A stretch of DNA of 64,000 bases from Candidatus Delongbacteria bacterium (GCA_963663545.1 OY760505.1:1312001-1376000), one strand, 5' to 3'. Positions 1-9,606 are shown, counted from the first letter of the stretch. Program-made: numbers and translations. Notes: a model not told the origin generated them from the letters alone.

Positions 1-210
1 CGTGCCCATGGATCCATCAAGCGCATGGAAGAACTTTTCGGCATTAGCTATCCCACAATCAAGAACCGCCTTAGACGCCTCGGTGATGCACTCAGCTTTA
101 TTGAAGTGCAGGAAGCACGGCCATCAGAGGATATTCTTGATCGTCTGGAAGGAGGCGACATCGACCTGTCCGAGGCTCTGCGTCGTCTGGAAGAGCGTGA
201 CAAAGCGTAA
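1..210 (+). CDS. DUF2089 family protein, C-terminal part (truncated by window start)
   Basis: Frame 1 is open from base 1: RAHGSIKRMEELFGISYPTIKNRL is the HTH-like DUF2089 signature; the tail 'ILDRLEGGDIDLSEALRRL' is SHOCT-like. Confidence 0.8.
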   Translation, partial: RAHGSIKRMEELFGISYPTIKNRLRRLGDALSFIEVQEARPSEDILDRLEGGDIDLSEALRRLEERDKA

Positions 211-231
211 GTAATAGCCTAGGAGCAAATC

Positions 232-693
232 ATGAGTGAAGAACGCCGCCGCATCCTCGACCTCTTGGCCGAAGGCAAAATCAGCGTGGACGAAGCAGAG
301 CGCTTGCTGGCCGCCGCATCAGGCACAAGCAGTGTTCAGGAAGAGAGCCTGCCGATGGACCCCGAAGTGCTCCCCCATACGGAGACCGAACGCCCCAAAG
401 TGAAGAATCCCAAATGGTTGCGCGTGCTGGTCACCAGCAACAAAGAGGGCAGGGAAGGCAAAGTGGTCAACATTCGCATCCCGCTGGGGCTGATCAAAGC
501 GGGTGCGAAGCTCGGTTCGATCATGCCGAAGAGCGCCAAGGCCAAGTTCTCCGCCAGCCTGGAAGAAAAGGGCGTGGAGTTCAACTTGGATGATATCAAC
601 GCCCAGAACATTGACGAGCTGATCTCGCACCTAAACGACATGGTCATTGATGTCAACGACAACGAAGAGCAGGTGCGCATTTTCTGTGAATAA
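232..693 (+). CDS. SHOCT-like domain protein (usual DUF2089 partner)
   Basis: SD AGGAG upstream; N-terminus MSEERRRILDLLAEGKISVDEAERLL; 'VNIRIPLGL' and C-terminal 'VRIFCE' are typical of this family. Confidence 0.75.
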   Translation: MSEERRRILDLLAEGKISVDEAERLLAAASGTSSVQEESLPMDPEVLPHTETERPKVKNPKWLRVLVTSNKEGREGKVVNIRIPLGLIKAGAKLGSIMPKSAKAKFSASLEEKGVEFNLDDINAQNIDELISHLNDMVIDVNDNEEQVRIFCE

Positions 694-707
694 CCCTTCG
701 TGACAGC

Positions 708-755
708 AAAAGAGAAGCGGCGCCTCCCAGATGGAAAGCGCCGCTTTTCATTTTC
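708..755. terminator. Bidirectional intrinsic terminator
   Basis: Stem AAGCGGCGC (715-723)/GCGCCGCTT (738-746) with A-rich and T-rich flanks, between convergent genes. Confidence 0.7.
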
Positions 756-774
756 TCAACTCGTCGTGAATGCT

Positions 775-3700
775 TTACTGAACCGCAATCACGCGAAATG
801 CTCCCAGCGTGCCGGTCTCGGCGCGATTGAGCTCGAGGTAGGTCACCGTGGTCGTGGCCAACTCCATCCAGTCGTACCACATCGCGGTCGTGGTTTCAAC
901 ACGATAGCTACTGGCTCCCGCGATCGCATCCCATTCCAGGCGCACACCGGAAGCGGTTTTGAGGATCTGCAACACCGGCGCGCTCAGCGCGGCGGACTCA
1001 ACGTGCAAGGTCACGGGAACTTCCTGGCTCAGGTTCGCCGGATCGTTACCGTACACCGTCAATGTGCCGGTATAGCCACCGGCAGCAAGTTCGCTGGCGT
1101 CGAAGTTCACGCTGATCGTGCTGCTGCCGCCGGCGGCAACGGTGCCGCTGATGGAAGACGCGCTCAGCCACTGTGCTTCCGGATTGTTGGTAATCAGGAT
1201 GGCCATGCCCTCTTCGGGATATCCATCCGTGTTGTAGAGGATCTCCAGACCTTCGCTGGCGTCGGAGTTCTCGATGCCGATGCTGACGCTGCCCAGCTGC
1301 TCAAGTGTCTGGTACTGGAAGAGGATGCTGCCATCGGCATTTAAAATGGCCTGGAAAGTATGCAGGTTCGAATTGTTGTAGTGATACACATCCTGCCACT
1401 GGACAATGAAGCGTTGGTTGGCGGAATCAGCCAGATAATAGATGGTACCGTCGCCTCGCGAGGGATCCAAATCATCCCAGAAGGGAGAAATCAGATTGTT
1501 GGGGACGCCTGGATTCGGGAAGGGGTCGTTTCCATGATCGTTGACCACACTATTGAAACTCAGCCAGCCGTTGGAGCACACGCTGATCTCGTCATAGACA
1601 TTGCCGTAGAAGGGGAAATCGATGCCCATGGAGACCATGCCGCTGTTCCAGTCGTCGGCCATCTCCGTGAACGCTGTGCCGGTGGAGCTGATGTCGATCC
1701 AGCTATAGCTCGGGCCGCCGGTTTCGTTGCTGTCGATCCAGCTGTAGCCGAAGCCGTCCGGGCCACCGCTGGGACGTCCAGCTGTGCCGGGGCGCGGGTC
1801 GAAGCCGCTCTTGTCTACCTTGTAGTACTCGTACTCATGGCGCACCTGCGCATTCTGCACCAGGCTCAAGCTCCAATTCAGCTCGGCGTCACCCGTGTTG
1901 CCGATCACCAGATCGCGCGAGTCCTGCTCGCCTTCCGTCAGACTCAGCTCGATGCTGGCAGGCGAGAGGTCCATCACAGGAGCCGCGGGGCTACCTCCAG
2001 CCGGGAAGATGATGTAATCGACCCAGGCGCAATCGCTGCCGCTACTCAGGGAAGTGTCCTTCGTGTACTTCCACGCGAAGGTGTGGGTACCGGCGCTGAC
2101 ATCAAACTCCACGTTCAGCCAGTTCACCGTGCCGGACCAGGTAGCCTGGTCAACGCCGTCGATCTGGAAACGCAGGAAGTCATAGCTGCCCTCGGACGAG
2201 ACCTTCAGCCAGAAGCTGATAACGTCGTCATCGCCGACCTCCATGGTCACGCTCATCTGGCTGTACTGGCTGTCGCTGATGTCTCCGGATGTAGCGCTCC
2301 AAGAGCCTTCATACGCATCGCCACTAAGCGACCAGTCGGCGCTGCCAGTGTGCGTCCAGTCGAAGGAGCTGAAATCGCCGCTCTCGAAATCTTCGAGAAT
2401 CAGGCCCAGCACGAGACTGAAAGCGTCCTCTGCCAACACGTTGTCGCCACTGTAATCCAGCGAGAAGGCGGCCAATGTGCCGACAGGAGCGTCCGCACTA
2501 ACACTTAGAGTGTACTGCACAATAGCACTGTTGCCCGCAGCCAGTCCGGTCAGGGCGTCGTCGCCATCCGTGACAGTCACATAACCGTTACCACAAAGGA
2601 GCTCAGCATCGAAAGCGTCTGCGGCCACGCTGCCGTTGTTCTCAAGCGTGATACTCAGCGTTGCGCTCTCGCCTGGATCCAGGCGACCGTTTCCGCTGGC
2701 ATCCAGCACCGTGACAGCACCCAGCTCGATGGCCGGAGCATGCGCCAGCAGGCTGAAGTCGCACTCCCATTCGTCGCTGCCGCTTGTGGCCAGCAGATCA
2801 AAACTGACGCTGTAGCCGTCAGGCAGGGCTGTGCTGGTCTGGATCTGGAAGGCCTGGTTCACATTCACACTGCCATCGGCCGCAATGGTACCCCAGCTAT
2901 TGGAGTTTTGTATCACGCTGACGTAAGGATCGCTGCAGCTGAGCACAGCGCTGACCGCGGTCGCGGATTCAATGCCCACATTGCTCAGTTCCACGTTCAG
3001 GTATTGGGTAGCCGCGTTCAGCAACAGGCCACCGTCCGCTTCCACCTGACCCGCCACCAGATAGGCTCCATCGGGAGGAACGGTGTTGACCAGGCTTTGA
3101 TACGTGACACAATTGCGCGCCATCACCGTAAGGGTCATGTCGACGCCAACCGGCAAATCGGTAGTGATTTCAATGCTGCAGTTGCCAGCCGCATTGGTGG
3201 TGCCGCTGCCATAAATCTCGCCGTCGTAATACAACACAGCCAGGGCGCCTTCGACGCCCGTGGTGCTTAGTGCAAACTCCGTGGCTGAGCTGAGAACGCT
3301 AGCGGCGTGTGATACAGTCATGGTCACGGGACTGTCGGTGCGCACGTGCAGCGAAGGATCACCAAAGACATGCCAGGTGTCGTACATGTCGTACGCGCTG
3401 CTGCCGTACTCGTCCATCATCAGCATCGATCCTTCGTAGCAAAGGGCGCCGTAGACCCAGCAGTCCTCGGCCACCAGCAGATCGTTGCACTCGTCCTGCG
3501 CCGCCATCGGCGGATTCCAGTCCTGGTTGATGGAGCTGGCGTAAATGCCAACCGCGCCCGCTGGCTCGCTGCCGTGGGTCGCGCGCATCCAGGCTTCGGC
3601 AAAACAGGTGTAACCGTCAAACTGACCATTGACGCAGGCCACATCAAAAATGAAGGGCAGCATGTTGTCATTGGTCAGGTTGTTGATGTTGGTCACGCCA

Positions 3701-5010
3701 AAACCCGTTGAGCCCCAGGCGGTGGTGGAGCCATGACCGGTATAATTGATGACGCTACGCCCCGCGTTGACGGACGCGGAGACCTGGGAGGCAGTGCCGT
3801 TTGGATCATAAATCTGATCCACGGCGGTGTAGGTGTAGCCCAGCAGATCGGTGCGGATGTTGTTCATGTGAACGTAATCGTACTCGCCATCGTCGCCAGG
3901 CCCCTGATCGGAGGCGACGCCCAGACCGAGATGATACCAGCTTGCGGCTGCAGCGTCTCGTTCGTACTCAACACTGCGTTCGACCTGTGTCTGCACCTGC
4001 GCAGACGAAGCTGCCGAAAAGCGTCCCACGAGGATGTCGGGATAGTTGTCGCTACCCACAATCTTGGCGTAGGTCGGATCGGAGCTGCCGCTGTAGGAAG
4101 TCGGAGTCGGCACATCGTCCGCGTCGCCCACCAGCAACAACCAGGTCAAACCCGGCGAGCTGTAGTAGTTGTCCACATAAGTGCCAATCACCGTCGAGGT
4201 GCTGCCAACGGCAGACAGCGGTTGCAGATCCACTTCAATGCCACTTTGGGTCTTCCACTCCACGAAGTCGGCCATATCCGCGACGTACTCGTCGGCGGCA
4301 ATGATCAGCATGCGCCCCTGCTCGCTAAGCGGCGTGTAGCGCAGCGCACTGTCCCAGTTGATGAAATGACGGGCGTAGATCTTCGCGAAGGTCTCGTCCA
4401 GACGCTCTGGCCAGGAGGCACGATCAAGAGTGTTTACGCCTGCGGTTGCCACGGGCTGCAACTCAAGTTCCAGGCTCTCCCAAACGCGCAGAATGCCCTG
4501 CTGTGGCAGATACTGGAAGGGGCTGCAAACCACGCTCTGCCCACGGAAATCTCTAAGGATATAGGGCTCGCGCAGAAAACCGCGCTCTTCCGGCCACTGA
4601 ACAGTGTTGTATGCATCACCGAGTTGCCAGGGCACCATGTCGGGATTGACGTTACGCTTCAAGTCACCCTTGGAAGGCGCGACCGCCAGCTTGAAATCCT
4701 GATACTCGCCGCCAAGGATCACGAGCTTGTAGTCGCCTTGATCCGGCAAAAGAACGCTGCGCGCAAACTGCGGCAACTCAGGCGCACCGGCTTGCAGCGT
4801 AATGGGCGCACCGGGAACGCGTATCTGGTACATCTCCTGTCCATCAACGTCAACGGGCTTGGTTTCAAAACCGTCGACGGTGCATGTCAGGCGCATTGTG
4901 CCTTGATTGCTTAGCAAGCTGATTCCACTGCTTGCCGGTGCCAGGTCCACCCATTCGGCGTGAACCAGTCCCGCACAGAGTAATAGCGCGGGGAGAATCC
5001 TGCGTAGCAT
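775..5010 (-). CDS. Secreted C25 (gingipain-family) cysteine peptidase with propeptide and multiple beta-sandwich domains
   Basis: ATG 5010 follows SD AGGAGG; signal peptide; propeptide; LLVGD motif; catalytic His (YTGHGS) and Cys (DVACVNG); 'VFGDPSL'. Confidence 0.9.
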   Translation of the reverse strand: MLRRILPALLLCAGLVHAEWVDLAPASSGISLLSNQGTMRLTCTVDGFETKPVDVDGQEMYQIRVPGAPITLQAGAPELPQFARSVLLPDQGDYKLVILGGEYQDFKLAVAPSKGDLKRNVNPDMVPWQLGDAYNTVQWPEERGFLREPYILRDFRGQSVVCSPFQYLPQQGILRVWESLELELQPVATAGVNTLDRASWPERLDETFAKIYARHFINWDSALRYTPLSEQGRMLIIAADEYVADMADFVEWKTQSGIEVDLQPLSAVGSTSTVIGTYVDNYYSSPGLTWLLLVGDADDVPTPTSYSGSSDPTYAKIVGSDNYPDILVGRFSAASSAQVQTQVERSVEYERDAAAASWYHLGLGVASDQGPGDDGEYDYVHMNNIRTDLLGYTYTAVDQIYDPNGTASQVSASVNAGRSVINYTGHGSTTAWGSTGFGVTNINNLTNDNMLPFIFDVACVNGQFDGYTCFAEAWMRATHGSEPAGAVGIYASSINQDWNPPMAAQDECNDLLVAEDCWVYGALCYEGSMLMMDEYGSSAYDMYDTWHVFGDPSLHVRTDSPVTMTVSHAASVLSSATEFALSTTGVEGALAVLYYDGEIYGSGTTNAAGNCSIEITTDLPVGVDMTLTVMARNCVTYQSLVNTVPPDGAYLVAGQVEADGGLLLNAATQYLNVELSNVGIESATAVSAVLSCSDPYVSVIQNSNSWGTIAADGSVNVNQAFQIQTSTALPDGYSVSFDLLATSGSDEWECDFSLLAHAPAIELGAVTVLDASGNGRLDPGESATLSITLENNGSVAADAFDAELLCGNGYVTVTDGDDALTGLAAGNSAIVQYTLSVSADAPVGTLAAFSLDYSGDNVLAEDAFSLVLGLILEDFESGDFSSFDWTHTGSADWSLSGDAYEGSWSATSGDISDSQYSQMSVTMEVGDDDVISFWLKVSSEGSYDFLRFQIDGVDQATWSGTVNWLNVEFDVSAGTHTFAWKYTKDTSLSSGSDCAWVDYIIFPAGGSPAAPVMDLSPASIELSLTEGEQDSRDLVIGNTGDAELNWSLSLVQNAQVRHEYEYYKVDKSGFDPRPGTAGRPSGGPDGFGYSWIDSNETGGPSYSWIDISSTGTAFTEMADDWNSGMVSMGIDFPFYGNVYDEISVCSNGWLSFNSVVNDHGNDPFPNPGVPNNLISPFWDDLDPSRGDGTIYYLADSANQRFIVQWQDVYHYNNSNLHTFQAILNADGSILFQYQTLEQLGSVSIGIENSDASEGLEILYNTDGYPEEGMAILITNNPEAQWLSASSISGTVAAGGSSTISVNFDASELAAGGYTGTLTVYGNDPANLSQEVPVTLHVESAALSAPVLQILKTASGVRLEWDAIAGASSYRVETTTAMWYDWMELATTTVTYLELNRAETGTLGAFRVIAVQ

Positions 5011-5281
5011 CCCTACACCTCCTTGTTCCATTCCCCATTACAAAGCACAGGCGCCCGAGTTTGCGGTACACGGGTACGGCTCCCTTGTCGTCGGGAAATA
5101 GAAATGAGAGCGATCTATAGTTGGATCGCGGTTCCGGACATTCCGGCCAAGAGTGGCAAAATCCTTGCCCATGGGCAATGCTTACTCAATATGAAATGGC
5201 TTCCGCAAAGCTGTGCCCCGTCCCGAGAGCCGCACCGGCCAAGTTTTAGCAGATTGAGGCTGGAAATGCGAAAGGACCCCC

Positions 5282-5812
5282 ATGCACGCCTACGTCTCCT
5301 GGGTCAACGGCAACCCGATGCTCTCGGCCGCTCTGCAGTTTGCCCTGTTGGGCACCCTTGGTGAACTCATTCCCCACTGGATTAGGCGCGGTAGAGGTCT
5401 GATTCCCTTCTCACCACTTATCCTGCTGGGCAAAGTGCTGGCCTGGGCTCTTATGGGCCTGGTGATCAAGTATGGCTTTGCCATGATGAAAGGTGGCGTA
5501 GCTGGCTTGCTGGAACACGGCCTGCTTCCGGCCTGGACGGCGAAGGGCGTGGCACGAGCCTTTGTTGTTTCAGCTATAACCAATCTCTTCTTCGGCCCGC
5601 AAATGATGGCCTTTCACCGCATCGAGGACAACTTGATCCTGCGCCAGCGAGGCTTCGCCGGTATCACGCGCGCATGGTGGACGCTGATCTGGTTCTGGAT
5701 TCCCGCGCATACGCTGACATTCAGCCTGCCCGTTGACTATCAGATTGGTCTGGCAGCACTGTGGTCAGTGGTGCTTGGTGTGATACTCGGATTCAGCAAA
5801 CCAAAAGCCTGA
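5282..5812 (+). CDS. Mpv17/PMP22-like small multi-pass membrane protein
   Basis: SD AAGGA; 4-5 hydrophobic segments; 'LIWFWIPAHTLTFSLP..YQI..AALWSVVLG' resembles Mpv17/PMP22. Confidence 0.65.
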   Translation: MHAYVSWVNGNPMLSAALQFALLGTLGELIPHWIRRGRGLIPFSPLILLGKVLAWALMGLVIKYGFAMMKGGVAGLLEHGLLPAWTAKGVARAFVVSAITNLFFGPQMMAFHRIEDNLILRQRGFAGITRAWWTLIWFWIPAHTLTFSLPVDYQIGLAALWSVVLGVILGFSKPKA

Positions 5813-6332
5813 TAGCAGAACTCTTGAGCCAACCATGAGCAGGCTGACATTCAGCCTGCCCGTTGACTATCAGATTGGTCTGGCGGCGCTGTGGTCAGTG
5901 GTGCTTGGTGTGATACTCGGATTCAGCAAACCAAAAGCCTGATAGCAGAACTCTTGAGCCATCCATGAGCAGGCTGACATTCAGCCTGCCCGTTGACTAT
6001 CAGATTGGTCTGGCAGCACTGTGGTCAGTGGTGCTTGGTGTGATACTCGGATTCAGCAAACCAAAAGCCTGATAGCAGAACTCTTGAGCCATCCATGAGC
6101 AGGCTGACATTCAGCCTGCCCGTTGACTATCAGATTGGTCTGGCGGCGCTGTGGTCAGTGGTGCTTGGTGTGATACTCGGATTCAGCAAACCAAAAGCCT
6201 GATAGCAGAACTCTTGAGCCAACCATGAGCAGGCTGACATTCAGCCTGCCCGTTGACTATCAGATTGGTCTGGCGGCGCTGTGGTCAGTGGTGCTTGGTG
6301 TGATACTCGGATTCAGCAAACCAAAAGCCTGA
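5713..6332. repeat. Tandem repeat, 130-bp period, about 4.8 copies (last 100 bp of the upstream gene plus a 30-bp linker)
   Basis: GCTGACATTCAGCC starts at 5713, 5843, 5973, 6103 and 6233; copies differ only at GCAGCA/GCGGCG and linker AACC/ATCC. Confidence 0.97.
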
Positions 6333-6352
6333 ACCCCGGCCATTAGCGCACA

Positions 6353-7297
6353 TCAGCTCATCAAAAGACGTTGCCCCAACCGGATGTGATCCAGAACCTC
6401 TCCGCCGAGCAGGAAGCGGTGGACGAGCCCGGCGGGAAAAGCCTCCAGCACGGGGTTGTGACACAAGGCAGGATACTCGCGCCACAGCTCTTCGCCCGCG
6501 TGGACTTCAGCACTTACGGTTGCTGTGCGCCGAGCGTCGACCAGCTTGTCTTGCGTTGCGAGAATCCATACGGGCACGCCCAGACTGGCAGCTACACGTA
6601 CCAAGCCTGCGCTGCCCGTTTTGTTAATGATCCAATAGTCGGCGGGTGAATAGGTGCTTTTAACCAGCCCTTGCTCCGGAAGGCTGTGATACACACTTAG
6701 CTCCTGCGGCAACGTAATGGCGTCGCACCCGAGGAGAATAGCATCACAATCCGACATGACACAGGTGGCCGCCGCATCGCTGATCAGACGCACACTTCGG
6801 TTCTGTGCCTGCAGAGCCAGAGCCAAATCTCGCCCTTCACGCAACGGACGTGACTCGCAGACCAGAAACTCACAGTCCGCAGGAAGCGCACGGAGCAGTA
6901 CGTTTTCGACAGTAGAAGAACGCGACAAAAGCATCACGCGACGCATCAGGCGAAAAGCCACAAGCCCCGTATCACACATTTCCTCAAGCTCGCGCAAACG
7001 CTCTGCCCGCTCTTGTTCCAGTACTTGATCAAGAGCAATATCCTGCCGCTCGCTGATGGCACTCTCCAATGCCTCCAACAGGCGACGACTGCTGTTGTAG
7101 AGAGGTGCCATTGCCGGTCGACAGTCTGCGACTTCATGCAGCGCCCTCTGCAACAACAGCCTGCGCTCGTTTTCACTTGTATCACGATTTCGCTCGATCA
7201 GCGCAACAATCATCGGGGCCAGTTGCGCTGACAGTTGTGCAGCTCCGCTGCTGTGATCTTCACTCAATTCCTGCAAGTGACGACGAAACTCATCCAT
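6353..7297 (-). CDS. IF-2B family (eIF-2B alpha/beta/delta-like, sugar-phosphate isomerase fold) protein
   Basis: Motifs DHSSGA, LSRSSTV, ESRPLREG, SDAA, LGCDAI, INKTGS; ATG 7297 overlaps the end of the upstream gene. Confidence 0.7.
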   Translation of the reverse strand: MDEFRRHLQELSEDHSSGAAQLSAQLAPMIVALIERNRDTSENERRLLLQRALHEVADCRPAMAPLYNSSRRLLEALESAISERQDIALDQVLEQERAERLRELEEMCDTGLVAFRLMRRVMLLSRSSTVENVLLRALPADCEFLVCESRPLREGRDLALALQAQNRSVRLISDAAATCVMSDCDAILLGCDAITLPQELSVYHSLPEQGLVKSTYSPADYWIINKTGSAGLVRVAASLGVPVWILATQDKLVDARRTATVSAEVHAGEELWREYPALCHNPVLEAFPAGLVHRFLLGGEVLDHIRLGQRLLMS

Positions 7298-8099
7298 GCT
7301 TCTGCTCCAACTCTGTGCTACGCAATAGTCCATCCGGTCCGAGCAATAGTCTGCCCGTAACCCAGGTAATCAAATAGGCCGAAAGTGCGACTCCGGCCAG
7401 GATCGCGAGCATGATCATGCCTTGATACGCGATGGCGGTAACAGGATTGCTGCCGCCAAGGATCTGACCTGTCATCATGCCGGGAATATGCACCAGGCCC
7501 ATGGTGGCGGTTGAATTCACCGTCGGTAGCATGGCAGCCTTGGCCGCTTGTCGTCTGAAAGGCATCAGGGCTTGAGCCCGGGTTGCCCCCAATGAGAGCC
7601 ATGTTTCGTACTCCAGTCTTCCGCTGTTGCTGGTAAGCGAACTGTGGAGCCTTTCCAGCGCAATCGTGGATCCATTCATGGCATTGCCCAGAATCATACC
7701 ACCCAATGTGATCAGATAACGCGCATCAAACCAGGGCTCCGGGCGTATCACAAGAATCAGGCACCACAAAACGACGCTTCCCAGTGCAGCCGCTAGAACA
7801 ACGAGTACCATCGGTGCCAAACCGGGAAGGCGTACTCCCGCGCGTTGCAGCAGCGACTGTGCGGCAGATCCAAGCATTACCAACAACCAGATTGCGGTCA
7901 GGTACCAATGGTTGGCAGCCAGCAGGTACTCCAGCAGAAGGCCCAGCAGAAAGAGCTGTAGCACCATGCGGCCCACAGACACCAGCAATTGGCCATGTAG
8001 GCGAAGTCGCAGCAATTGGCTGACCATCAGGGGAACAAAGGCCAGCATCAACGCCAGCACCATTCCCAATGTGTCCAGTTGGATCACGCCCTCATACAT
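7290..8099 (-). CDS. fetB: ABC transporter permease, FetB/YbbM (UPF0014) family
   Basis: Motifs R.VLQL.LLG..L, GMILGNAM, LSLGAT, MGLV.IPGMMTGQILGG..P..A..YQ. Confidence 0.85.
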   Translation of the reverse strand: MYEGVIQLDTLGMVLALMLAFVPLMVSQLLRLRLHGQLLVSVGRMVLQLFLLGLLLEYLLAANHWYLTAIWLLVMLGSAAQSLLQRAGVRLPGLAPMVLVVLAAALGSVVLWCLILVIRPEPWFDARYLITLGGMILGNAMNGSTIALERLHSSLTSNSGRLEYETWLSLGATRAQALMPFRRQAAKAAMLPTVNSTATMGLVHIPGMMTGQILGGSNPVTAIAYQGMIMLAILAGVALSAYLITWVTGRLLLGPDGLLRSTELEQKHG

Positions 8100-8775
8100 G
8101 GTTGGCCTCCATCCGAAGTTCACTATTGGTCAAATGCCAGTGCCCTTCAACTTCGTCACACCACCGTGGGCTATGTGATACAGACACAACGCGAGGGCCA
8201 TCACTCGATTTCAGCACCAAACCAACGAGCGCTTTACCGGCAGCATTGTCCAGACCGGCGTCGGGCTCATCCAGCAGCAAGACCTCAGGTTTATTCAATA
8301 GCGCCCTGAGAATGGACAGTCGCATTTTCTCGCCGCCAGAAAGGCTACCCGGGTTCTTCTGCAGTAGCTCAGGCTTCAACAACAAAGCATCAAGGTGCGG
8401 AAGCAACTCATCGTGTGACACGGCTACAAGCCCTGCTAAAATCCGAGGTAGATTCAATCCTTCCAACACTGTGTCACCGGGAAAGAGAGGCTCTTGTGAT
8501 ACAAACATTACACGACGTCTGTATTCGTGGGCTAACGGACCCGGGAGTTCCTCACCACGATAGCGCAGGCTTCCGCTATCTGGTACACGCAAGGCAGCCA
8601 ATAACCGCAGCAGTGTGCTCTTTCCTCCCCCGGAGTCACCCTGTATCACATGATGTCTGGAGGCGTCGAATGAAAAGCTAAGGCCATTGAAAAGGGGCCT
8701 TCCACCCAAGCTCAACGACAGCTCGTGTGCGCTGAATAGTGCATTGACGTCTGACAAATCGGCTCCCGCTAACAT
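8092..8775 (-). CDS. fetA: ABC transporter ATP-binding protein, FetA/YbbL-like
   Basis: Walker A GDSGGGKS, signature LSGGE, Walker B LLLDE, H-loop VSH; overlaps the fetB-like gene; start uncertain. Confidence 0.8.
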   Translation of the reverse strand: MLAGADLSDVNALFSAHELSLSLGGRPLFNGLSFSFDASRHHVIQGDSGGGKSTLLRLLAALRVPDSGSLRYRGEELPGPLAHEYRRRVMFVSQEPLFPGDTVLEGLNLPRILAGLVAVSHDELLPHLDALLLKPELLQKNPGSLSGGEKMRLSILRALLNKPEVLLLDEPDAGLDNAAGKALVGLVLKSSDGPRVVSVSHSPRWCDEVEGHWHLTNSELRMEANHV

Positions 8776-8846
8776 GATCCTAATTCATGGAAACACCATA
8801 ATTTACAACATTAATACTGAGGCATGACCGACCACTGGAGGTAAGC

Positions 8847-9542
8847 ATGAACCGCCTGAGCATTCTGGTTGTTGAGGATGAACCGGACATTCGCGACCTG
8901 ATCGGCTATTTGCTCGAAAAGGAAGGCTACAAGGTGTCCACCGCCGCTGACGGCGCCATCGCACTGCAAAAACTGGCCAAGGAAGAATTCGACCTGCTGT
9001 TGCTGGACCTGATGTTGCCGCAGGTGGACGGCCTGGAAATCTGCCGCACGATGAAGGGTGATCGCAAAACCAGTGAAATGCCCATCATCATGCTGACGGC
9101 AAAGGGCGAAGAAGGCGACGTTGTCACAGGCTTCAACCTGGGCGCCGATGACTACATCGTAAAGCCCTTCAGTCCACGGGTGCTGTGTGCGCGCATCAAA
9201 GCTGTGTTACGACGCCGTAGCAACGGCTCACAGCAAGCAACCGGTGATACACTGACTCGCGGCGAGTTGGAGATTCGACGAGGCCACCGCGAAGTTCGTG
9301 TCAAGGGTGAACAGATCCAATTGACCTTCACTGAATTCCAGATCCTCGATCTGCTGGCGGGTCGCCCGGGATGGGTGTTCACGCGCTACCAGATCGTGGA
9401 CTCGGTTCGCGGCGAGGATTACCCGGTCACAGAGCGTGCCATCGATGTGCACATCGTTGGTCTGCGTAAAAAGCTTGGTGAGTGCGCCAGCTACATCGAG
9501 ACTGTCCGCGGCGTCGGATATCGCTTCAAAGAAGATGTGTAG
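8847..9542 (+). CDS. OmpR/PhoB-family response regulator (PhoB/PhoP-like); no adjacent kinase
   Basis: SD GGAGG; receiver VEDE...LLDLMLP...LTAK...GADDYIVKPF; winged helix ending ETVRGVGY. Confidence 0.9.
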   Translation: MNRLSILVVEDEPDIRDLIGYLLEKEGYKVSTAADGAIALQKLAKEEFDLLLLDLMLPQVDGLEICRTMKGDRKTSEMPIIMLTAKGEEGDVVTGFNLGADDYIVKPFSPRVLCARIKAVLRRRSNGSQQATGDTLTRGELEIRRGHREVRVKGEQIQLTFTEFQILDLLAGRPGWVFTRYQIVDSVRGEDYPVTERAIDVHIVGLRKKLGECASYIETVRGVGYRFKEDV

Positions 9543-9574
9543 CGATTTCCATTCCACATGTTTTTCGCATAACC

Positions 9575-9606
9575 AAAGCCCTTCTTCGTGAAGGGCTTTC
9601 TGTTTT
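9575..9606 (+). terminator. Intrinsic terminator after the response regulator
   Basis: AAAGCCCTTC-ttcgt-GAAGGGCTTT followed by CTGTTTT. Confidence 0.75.

Noticed and set aside
700..4914. Long plus-strand ORFs (700-1344, 1360-2508, 2740-3270, 3733-4914)
   Set aside because: Antisense shadows of the C25 protease caused by codon bias; no recognisable motifs
5713..6332. CRISPR array or DGR interpretation of the 130-bp repeat
   Set aside because: The 30-bp linkers are near identical rather than unique spacers, the repeat is the 3' end of a gene, and no cas or reverse transcriptase gene is in the window
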